From contig DDWQ01000011.1 of assembly GCA_002345745.1 (NCBI GenBank), positions 85,995 to 149,994 of the forward strand: a stretch of 64,000 bases of DNA, given 5' to 3'. The position numbers were made by a program, and so were the translations under genes. Below the pieces are notes generated by a model. It was not told the origin of the DNA. It did not search any database and worked only from the letters and a program-made list of their open reading frames with translations. The stretch's first letter is position 1. Every line of letters starts with the position of its first letter. This stretch comes from Candidatus Moranbacteria bacterium UBA2282. Its GTDB lineage: Bacteria; Patescibacteriota; Minisyncoccia; Moranbacterales; UBA2206. Shown here piece after piece: positions 38,260-45,327 of the stretch.

Positions 38260-39315
38260 TTAACCAAAATAATTCTTAATCTGTTTATATTTTTTATATA
38301 AAAAATTTGGAATTTTCCAACGCAGAGAATTGACGACGGAGGACAATTGTTTTTCTTTTTGAATAATTTCATCTTTTAGATGTTGTACTTTTTCTTCCCC
38401 AGCCTCTATTTCTCGCTCATTAGCTTGTGTTTTTTGCTTTTCATTCAATACCTCTTTAGTTTTTATTTCAATACTAATTTTATTTTCTATATTTATTTTA
38501 TTCATCATATCCATCGCATTTTTTATCGTTTTCAAGAAAAGATTATCATCAATCAAGCTTTTAGCTATTTCTAAATCCTTTAATTCATTGCTTTTCTTAA
38601 TAAAATATATTTTTCTATAAGATGGGTCTTGATTATCAAAAGGAAAAACCTCTGTATTATAAAAATAATTAAATTTCTGGTGATTACTATGGAGTTCATC
38701 TGACATATTTTCTTCAATCAAAAATTCCATCCCTAATAATAATTGCCACAAAAACAATCTGTTATTTTGTAGCTTCTGAAATGATACTGCCTTTTCTTCT
38801 AACAAATTTTCAAATTCAATCATTTCTGGCAAACCATTTTCTATATGCTCCTTGAGCCAAATATGATCCTCTCCATTATGTAGCATTTTATAATTTTCAT
38901 TTGCATTTATTTCTGCTTGCGCAACCGCTGGAGAGTAGAAAGGTGCCACTAGGACAACTCCTAATTTTGCAACTCGCAAGTTTTCCTCTAAAAAATTTTT
39001 TCTTTTTTCTTTTGGTATATGTTCAAAAACATCAGTAGAAACAACCCAGTCAAAACTTTCATCAACCAATGGCATATTGCAGCCATCCCCCTTGATAAAA
39101 TTTTCGTCCTCAGAATCAAGAAACGGATCGAGATAAAAGACATCATCCTCTGGAAAAAATTTTTTCATCCAGTTACCCCTACCACCCACATCAAGAATTT
39201 TTAATTTTTCATTACCTTTGCGATTTTTTTCTACAATATTCTGAATAGGTGCAAATCGTCCATACAAATGGAAAACCATTTCTTTTTTAAATTGTTCTTC
39301 TGCTATTTTTTCCAT
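38260..39315 (-). CDS. Class I SAM-dependent methyltransferase with a C-terminal coiled-coil region
   Basis: LDVGGRGNWM (motif I), DESFDWVVSTDVFEHIP, LRVAKLGVVLV. The C-terminal roughly 80 aa are K/E-rich and predicted helical. Confidence 0.7.
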   Translation of the reverse strand: MEKIAEEQFKKEMVFHLYGRFAPIQNIVEKNRKGNEKLKILDVGGRGNWMKKFFPEDDVFYLDPFLDSEDENFIKGDGCNMPLVDESFDWVVSTDVFEHIPKEKRKNFLEENLRVAKLGVVLVAPFYSPAVAQAEINANENYKMLHNGEDHIWLKEHIENGLPEMIEFENLLEEKAVSFQKLQNNRLFLWQLLLGMEFLIEENMSDELHSNHQKFNYFYNTEVFPFDNQDPSYRKIYFIKKSNELKDLEIAKSLIDDNLFLKTIKNAMDMMNKINIENKISIEIKTKEVLNEKQKTQANEREIEAGEEKVQHLKDEIIQKEKQLSSVVNSLRWKIPNFLYKKYKQIKNYFG

Positions 39316-40601
39316 AATGTTTCTATTTTTATTAATCCATTTTGGTTCTCTTCTTGAGAAATTATTTTAAATCCATAAAACCTATCCTTAAAATCAATTG
39401 GAGTTACACAATCCCAATTAAATAATGCTGCGGTAAATCTATAACTACCCGTGAAAAATTTATTTTCAATAATTACAAAATCAAAAGAGCCAAGACCTTC
39501 GATATAATCTATTATAAATTTAGAAGTTTTTGTATTTGGACCGGAAATATGAATTCCGTCTTGTGTATAAATAGCAACACCGAAGACAGGTTTTTCTATT
39601 TTCTTTTTTGCATTGTAATATATCCGCGCTACAATATCATCCCCTGTCTCAAAAACATTCTTTGCTTTCCCGTCCTTATCCAAAAATTCAACCTTAGTTA
39701 TTTCTATGACTTTACTTTTTCTTTCTTCGCTATCTTCTTTATTGATATTTTTTTTACCATCTTCTTCCTTTTTTTGCTCATCATACATCCTCTTTTCCTC
39801 ATCCGACATATTCTGATAGACATATTCATTGCCAACTTCTTCCGCTTTGCCAATTTTAACAATTTTTCCATTACGAAGCAACATTGCCCGATCGCAATAT
39901 CTTTGCACTACGGCGATATCATGAGTGACAATTATTACTGTTCTCCCCATACCTCGATATCTATTAAATTCTTCCAGACATTTCGATTGAAAATTTGAAT
40001 CTCCCACCGCCAAAACCTCATCCATAAGTAGTATATCACGATTAGCGTGAATGGACACCGAAAAAGCCAACCTCACCTGCATGCCGGAAGAATAGTTTTT
40101 CAATTTTTGGTCAATGAAGCGTTCCAGTTCAGAAAATTTCACAATGGAATCGAATTTCTTGTCGATTTGCTTTTTGGTCATCCCCAGCACTGTGGCGTTC
40201 AAATAGACATTATCCCGTCCGGAAAGCTCGGGATTGAAACCGATGCCCAACTCCAAAAAGGGTGAAATCATGCCATCAATCTTTACCCCGTGAAATTCCG
40301 CCTTAGGCGGACGGGCTCCGCCCGATTTCACTGGGGTGCCTTTCTTGGGTTTATCCGCCTGATAAATCCCCGCCAAAACCTTCAACAGCGTCGATTTTCC
40401 GCTGCCATTCCGACCAATGATGCCAAAAAATTCGCCCTTTTTCACCTCAAAAGAAACATCGTCTAATGCTTTGAATTCTTCGTAACCCCTCTTTTTACTA
40501 AAAACCGAAATAGCAGCTCCTCTTAGCGAGGAGATTTTTTCATGTGGTATTTTAAACGTCTTACTGACGTTTTTTACACTAATTGCGATGTCTTTATCCA
40601 T
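39303..40601 (-). CDS. wzt: ABC transporter ATP-binding protein of Wzt type, with a C-terminal carbohydrate-binding domain
   Basis: Walker A GRNGSGKST, signature SSGMQ, Walker B LLMDEVLAVGD. A roughly 170-aa C-terminal beta-rich extension. A roughly 20-aa GC-rich insertion lies after Walker A. Confidence 0.8.
   Translation of the reverse strand: MDKDIAISVKNVSKTFKIPHEKISSLRGAAISVFSKKRGYEEFKALDDVSFEVKKGEFFGIIGRNGSGKSTLLKVLAGIYQADKPKKGTPVKSGGARPPKAEFHGVKIDGMISPFLELGIGFNPELSGRDNVYLNATVLGMTKKQIDKKFDSIVKFSELERFIDQKLKNYSSGMQVRLAFSVSIHANRDILLMDEVLAVGDSNFQSKCLEEFNRYRGMGRTVIIVTHDIAVVQRYCDRAMLLRNGKIVKIGKAEEVGNEYVYQNMSDEEKRMYDEQKKEEDGKKNINKEDSEERKSKVIEITKVEFLDKDGKAKNVFETGDDIVARIYYNAKKKIEKPVFGVAIYTQDGIHISGPNTKTSKFIIDYIEGLGSFDFVIIENKFFTGSYRFTAALFNWDCVTPIDFKDRFYGFKIISQEENQNGLIKIETLWKK
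40287..40336. repeat. GC-rich nested-hairpin element inserted in frame in the wzt ATPase domain
   Basis: ccccgtgaaat tccgcc tta ggcgga cgggc tcc gcccg atttcactgggg. It encodes the extra KPKKGTPVKSGGARPPKAEF segment. Confidence 0.55.
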
Positions 40602-40652
40602 TGCTTAATAATACCTAATAAATGCCGAAAATACAATGATCCCTTACTTAAA

Positions 40653-40800
40653 AACCAAGATACAAGATAGTTAGTGAAGAAACAAGGTACAAGATACAAA
40701 CATCAAACAATATTCAATAATCAAATTTCAATATTCAAACTTTTTTGGTTATTGTCTTTTGGAATTTGTATCTTGTTTGGTACCTGTTTCTTGGTTATTG
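40653..40800. repeat. Long imperfect palindrome built from CCAAGATACAA/TTGTATCTTG units
   Basis: Left half ccaagatacaagata...caaggtacaagatacaaac; right half tttgtatcttgtttggtacctgtttcttgg. Confidence 0.55.
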
Positions 40801-40812
40801 GTAATTATTAGC

Positions 40813-41172
40813 CTATTTACCCTCTATTTTGTTTATGATGGTTGATAATATATTTTTTATCTCGTTTGCTTCTCGCTTGATGTCTTGCATACAATCTTTT
40901 AGCTCTGGGTTTGCTTCTTCAATAAGGTCTAGCCAGTGAATTGTTTCCTTGGCTTCTTTTCTAGCAATCTTCATTCGCATTATCAAATCTTTTTTGCCTA
41001 AAGAATCATTTGCTTCTCGATAATTTGCTCCAACAGAACCAGCCGAGCCTACAGCTTGCCCTGTTAGGCGATTGTTTATTGAATTTTTTGGCAAAGAAAT
41101 ACACAATCTAACTACCCGTTTTCCGAATTCAGTAGTTCTTTCCTCTAAATCAAATTTGCGATTATTTTCCAT
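40813..41172 (-). CDS. Four-helix-bundle protein (23S rRNA intervening-sequence protein family)
   Basis: 119 aa. AVGSAGSVGANYREA and KETIHWLDLIEE segments typical of this family. Confidence 0.7.
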   Translation of the reverse strand: MENNRKFDLEERTTEFGKRVVRLCISLPKNSINNRLTGQAVGSAGSVGANYREANDSLGKKDLIMRMKIARKEAKETIHWLDLIEEANPELKDCMQDIKREANEIKNILSTIINKIEGK

Positions 41173-41229
41173 AGATATTTTTTTAATGTTTGTTTTTTGT
41201 ATTTTGATGCTTGAAATTTGTTTGGTTAT

Positions 41230-41300
41230 TGTATCTTGGTGTTTGTATCTTATTTTTGCGTTTGTATCTTGCTTAGCGTTTGTATCTTAAGCATTATTTG
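41230..41300. repeat. Iteron-like direct repeats: 4 copies of GTTTGTATCTT spaced 15-18 bp apart
   Basis: ttgtatcttggt, gtttgtatcttat, gcgtttgtatcttgc, gcgtttgtatcttaa. Confidence 0.6.
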
Positions 41301-41321
41301 ATATTTCTTAGATATTATAGC

Positions 41322-42662
41322 CTATTTTTTAATAATTTTCCAATATCCTCCCTTGTCGGGACCAACCCTTTTTAGCAAATCTTTTTCCTTTAATTTTGAG
41401 ATATCTCTTTTAATAGTTTTTTCATTAACACCTGCCTTTTTGGCTATTTCTGGAATTGTAATTCTATTATTATTTCTAATAATTTCCACAACAATATCTT
41501 CTCGATTTTCAGGGACATTTTCAGGGACATTTTCAGGGACATTTTCTAATGCCATTCTTTTGAAAATTATAGAGAACCAATTCTCGTTGGTTTCAATTTT
41601 TGGATTTGGAAGACCATATTCTTTCATGGCTTTTTTCATCCGCAGAATTCCAGACCCTATTTTCTCCACCAAATCCATTCTCTGCATCAAGCCAAATAGA
41701 AGATTATTTCTGGACAAACTTCTTTTACCCAATTCTTTTATCGTCATTCCCCGCACTAGCCCTCCGGGATTAGTTATTTCAACTCGATCAGAAAAAATAT
41801 AAATCTGAATATTCGCACCTGTCACGAAATAGTTTCTGTGCGCAATTGCATTCAGGATTGCTTCGCGCAATGCGTCTTCTGGTAGTTCTAATTTTTCTTC
41901 TCGCGGTCCACCTTTTATGATAAATTCTGTGTTCAACTTTGAACGCAGATAATCCATGGCATTCTCATAATTGCTAAATAGGTCAGCATCAAATTCTTTT
42001 CGGTCCAATATTCTGTATTTTGTCCTTCCATAAAAAAGCACGCATGTAATCGTTGACTGCAAAAGAAACTTTGTAATATCATTGGAAAAAAGAAGTACAC
42101 CGGCATTTTTCATTTTATCATCAGAGACCAAATTAAGATTTGTCAAAATGTCGCGTGTTGGCAAAATTTTTCTTATATGAGATAGTCGTAAAAAGTTATT
42201 AAAAGATTTTTTATTTAAATCCTTTTTGATATCAAATTTTTCATTAACCCTCTCATCAAAAAGAACCAGGCCTTCTTTTTGAAAAAAATATTTGATTTCA
42301 TTTCTCGTAAGTTGCTGACTATTGGCTCCTTGGCGCAAGTAAAATTTTCCCACAATTGAATATGGTTTTTCTTTGCCCTCTGGGACATCAACAATCAAAA
42401 TACCCTCAATTTCTTGCAAATGTATGGTCATTTTCGGATCAAGATTTCTGCCAATAACCTGAATTTCTGATTTTAATTTGTTGGTAATTTTGATTTCTTT
42501 TTTTATTCCGGAATCAGTAATTCCAATAAATATCTTTCCCCCAGAAGCATTGGCAAAAGCACACATTTCTTTTCCAATTGTGGAACTATGCGACTCTTTA
42601 AATTCAATATTATAGCCTTCTCCTTGGCTGATATAAAATTCTAATTCTTTTTTCATTAACAT
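41322..42662 (-). CDS. AlbA_2 (Schlafen-like) plus HATPase_c_4 (RecG-C-like) plus wHTH putative ATP-dependent DNA-binding regulator
   Basis: N-terminal YNIEFKES...CAFANASGG (AlbA_2/divergent AAA). The C-terminal wHTH is RITIPEIAKKAGVNEKTIKRDISKLKE. It contains an ENVPENVPENVPEN repeat. Confidence 0.6.
   Translation of the reverse strand: MLMKKELEFYISQGEGYNIEFKESHSSTIGKEMCAFANASGGKIFIGITDSGIKKEIKITNKLKSEIQVIGRNLDPKMTIHLQEIEGILIVDVPEGKEKPYSIVGKFYLRQGANSQQLTRNEIKYFFQKEGLVLFDERVNEKFDIKKDLNKKSFNNFLRLSHIRKILPTRDILTNLNLVSDDKMKNAGVLLFSNDITKFLLQSTITCVLFYGRTKYRILDRKEFDADLFSNYENAMDYLRSKLNTEFIIKGGPREEKLELPEDALREAILNAIAHRNYFVTGANIQIYIFSDRVEITNPGGLVRGMTIKELGKRSLSRNNLLFGLMQRMDLVEKIGSGILRMKKAMKEYGLPNPKIETNENWFSIIFKRMALENVPENVPENVPENREDIVVEIIRNNNRITIPEIAKKAGVNEKTIKRDISKLKEKDLLKRVGPDKGGYWKIIKK
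41507..41546. repeat. 12-bp tandem repeat (3 units) inside a CDS, encoding (VPEN)n
   Basis: agggacattttc repeated three times. Confidence 0.8.
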
Positions 42663-42684
42663 TTTTTTACTTCTAATTTTTATT

Positions 42685-43548
42685 TTAGTTGCTTAGTGTC
42701 ACATTCACCTCTTTCAACTCATTGAAATCTTCCCATTCGATTAGATTGGTTTTTGAGAGAATTTTTTCAGCCTCCCTATTCTTCAGATGATAATTACAGC
42801 CGATATCATAATTAGGAACAGTCAATGAGGGAAATTCTTTAATAAAATAGAGTTTATTGTCATCACTATATAAAAACAAAAAGGATTTTATTGGTTTTAT
42901 TTTATTTATCAAACTAAGCCCGAAAATAAATTTGGAGTTTGTTTCGCGACCACCTGATGATCCGCCTCCACCTTTGCGAAAAACCTTCCTATCATCCTCC
43001 TCCCAAACAAAAATAGTATCATATGGATTTCGCCAATCCACATGATTCAAGGGAGACGGTAAATTATAATATCGACTCTTTTTAATTTCTACTCGTGGCT
43101 TAAACAACTTTTCATGATTTTTATATTTTTTCAATATTTTTTCTCTATATCGAGGCTCCAATTCGTTCTTGATGATATAGTCATCCAGTTCCTTTTTCAT
43201 TTCTTCTTTTTTCCAAACGGCCGTGTATTTATCCAGCCATTTTGCATACACCTCATTTCCCTCGCGATGATCAAATTCAGTAAAAAAATACTCATACAAG
43301 AGTTCCATATAGTGGGACTGAATTGGCATTCGTGTCTTTTCAACGTATTTCTTATTATTCCAAAATTTTGGATCGAGATTATCAATAATGATAGTAATGG
43401 TATATGGATTTTTATTTTTTAGTTTTTGAGCAATTGTTTTGTGATCATTAAGCACATCAAATGCATGCTCAGATATCGAAAAAATTTCCGGATTATATTC
43501 CTGACTCAGCTTGGATTTATTAATTTTAATGCTTTTATTTACTAACAC
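42685..43548 (-). CDS. Hypothetical protein (two-lobed, with an internal GGGGSSGG linker)
   Basis: 287-aa ORF with no recognisable motifs. The Gly-linker codons are locally GC-rich. Confidence 0.4.
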   Translation of the reverse strand: MLVNKSIKINKSKLSQEYNPEIFSISEHAFDVLNDHKTIAQKLKNKNPYTITIIIDNLDPKFWNNKKYVEKTRMPIQSHYMELLYEYFFTEFDHREGNEVYAKWLDKYTAVWKKEEMKKELDDYIIKNELEPRYREKILKKYKNHEKLFKPRVEIKKSRYYNLPSPLNHVDWRNPYDTIFVWEEDDRKVFRKGGGGSSGGRETNSKFIFGLSLINKIKPIKSFLFLYSDDNKLYFIKEFPSLTVPNYDIGCNYHLKNREAEKILSKTNLIEWEDFNELKEVNVTLSN

Positions 43549-43675
43549 ATTAATTGATAAGTTTGTTATAATGATATTATATCACCATACACAAAAACTG
43601 TCTAGTTCCAATTTTTTATATATTCAGGTTGAGAAGCACAGTGCTTAATTTGAAAGTTTAAATACGCTTGAAATA

Positions 43676-43745
43676 ACCAAGATACAATACTTAATTTAAA
43701 ATTTATAATTTAAAATTACTCTTTGGTTTATTGTATTTGTTTGAT
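43676..43745. repeat. Right-hand copy of the AACCAAGATACAA repeat plus a degenerate inverted partner
   Basis: aaccaagatacaatac ... attgtatttgtttg. The same 13-mer occurs at 40653. Confidence 0.5.
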
Positions 43746-43800
43746 AATTGATCCATTGAAAATTTATTCCGCATGTATTTTTCTGATATTGGGTCATTTT

Positions 43801-44190
43801 TTATTTTCTCTTTGAAAGATGATATATGATTATGTATACGCTGATGGCTCCATAGATAATTGACGAAAAGAATGCCACCGTGCCTTTTTCAATGGGAATC
43901 ATCCAATTGCTGGAATACGATGGAGCCATTAGAATCATCAGCATAGAAAGCGGAATCCAAACACGGGAAAATTTCCACCAAGTTTGATATACATCTTCTT
44001 TCATTTTATAGGTGATGAGAGAGAAAATAAATAATGGAATGATTATAACAAATATAAGCATAGCATCATGCATAGTATCCATGCAGTTGCTATATCCCTT
44101 GCCACCACATAAACCAAAAGTCCCAATCAAATTAAGAATAATCAGTAACGCGGAACCAACAAAAGAAGCTAGTATTGTCATTATTTTCAT
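43801..44190 (-). CDS. Small membrane protein (4 TM), hypothetical
   Basis: 129-aa hydrophobic ORF. Confidence 0.35.
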   Translation of the reverse strand: MKIMTILASFVGSALLIILNLIGTFGLCGGKGYSNCMDTMHDAMLIFVIIIPLFIFSLITYKMKEDVYQTWWKFSRVWIPLSMLMILMAPSYSSNWMIPIEKGTVAFFSSIIYGAISVYIIIYHLSKRK

Positions 44191-44213
44191 ATTTTTTATT
44201 TATTTTTAAAAAT

Positions 44214-44825
44214 TTAAAATTTTTTAAACATCCCAATTCCCCACCGCCTAATTCCAAAAATAATAATTATAAAGAGGACAACCAAGCTAACAAAAATTTC
44301 TCTTATAATCTGATTTTTATTTTTTTCATCACTCATTCTATTCTCCCATCTATTTTCTTTTTTATCAATAGCGTCCTTCACTACCTCAGCATAGGCAGTT
44401 GTTTTGGGGATAATGAAGGCATCCGCCAGTTTTGCTCCAATGGGAAATCTTGGAGCAATTTTTCTTGTCTCCGCAATCGAAGTGGCTTTATTTTTTTTGT
44501 GACTATGATTATCATTATCGCCATCACTTTGCGAATCATTTTCAATTCTAATCAAATCACTACTTGTCACTATACCATTGAGGATTGGCGCCACCTCATA
44601 TCCATCTCCATCCTCATCAATGCTCATTTTTGACGCACTGGCAAGATTGCTCGAAATATCTAACATCACTTTTGTTTTCGGAGTGGTGGGCATATTTTGA
44701 AAAGTGATTTTGTTGAGGAGTTCATCACCCCGCAATTCATCTACCGAAAAAGTGAACGTGCCATCGCCATAACCATCCATCATGATATTTTGAGTTGATC
44801 CTTCCTCAGAAAAAATATACTTCAC
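44214..44825 (-). CDS. Hypothetical protein with a C-terminal TM anchor
   Basis: 203-aa ORF with an acidic D/G-rich middle region and a C-terminal hydrophobic segment. Confidence 0.35.
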   Translation of the reverse strand: MKYIFSEEGSTQNIMMDGYGDGTFTFSVDELRGDELLNKITFQNMPTTPKTKVMLDISSNLASASKMSIDEDGDGYEVAPILNGIVTSSDLIRIENDSQSDGDNDNHSHKKNKATSIAETRKIAPRFPIGAKLADAFIIPKTTAYAEVVKDAIDKKENRWENRMSDEKNKNQIIREIFVSLVVLFIIIIFGIRRWGIGMFKKF

Positions 44826-44905
44826 ATCGCCGAATTGTTGATAGTATGTCCCCGGAATTTGTTCTTCAATTTGACCATCTTTATCAATGCCCGTGTGATT
44901 ACCAT

Positions 44906-44937
44906 AAAAAAAATCGGAGTCGAACTCCGATTTTTTG
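44906..44937 (-). terminator. Rho-independent terminator (bidirectional-capable)
   Basis: aaaaaaaatcggagt-cgaa-actccgatttttt: perfect 13-bp stem with A and T runs on both sides. Confidence 0.75.
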
Positions 44938-44956
44938 TATATTCAAGAAATTTTGA

Positions 44957-45289
44957 CTACGCACTTACCAAAGATGCTTTTTCTAATTTCACAATGCGAG
45001 TTTCATGATTGTCAGTGACGGTCTTTTTGGCCTTGTTTTCTAATTTTTCATCAATATTATCAAGACGGAGTTTTATATCCACAATATCTGTTTTTATATA
45101 CACAATATCCGACTTCATATCCACAATGTCAGACTTTATTTCATCAATATCTTCCAAAATCAAGTCAACAGTTTTCTTCACATCATTCAAGCCTTCACCA
45201 AAAACCTTGAAATCACTGCGAATATCCTCAAGCATTATTTCTACTTGAGCTTTAGGCATAAAGTCTTTATTTTCTACTTGTTCTTCCAT
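44957..45289 (-). CDS. Heptad-repeat coiled-coil protein
   Basis: DIDEIKS/DIVDMKS/DIVYIKT/DIVDIKL heptads encoded by 21-bp tandem DNA repeats. Confidence 0.45.
   Translation of the reverse strand: MEEQVENKDFMPKAQVEIMLEDIRSDFKVFGEGLNDVKKTVDLILEDIDEIKSDIVDMKSDIVYIKTDIVDIKLRLDNIDEKLENKAKKTVTDNHETRIVKLEKASLVSA
45075..45158. repeat. Four 21-bp tandem repeats inside a CDS
   Basis: atatccacaatatctgttttt, atatacacaatatccgacttc, atatccacaatgtcagacttt, atttcatcaatatcttccaaa. Confidence 0.75.
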
Positions 45290-45327
45290 ATCTCAATTTT
45301 ATCACATAAAAAATTCATGTCAAACTA

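Noticed and set aside
42950-42985. GGGGSSGG linker as evidence of synthetic or engineered DNA.
   Set aside because: It is an isolated short Gly/Ser stretch in an otherwise AT-rich native-looking ORF. There are no vector or restriction-cassette features. The GC-rich patch is noted only as an oddity.
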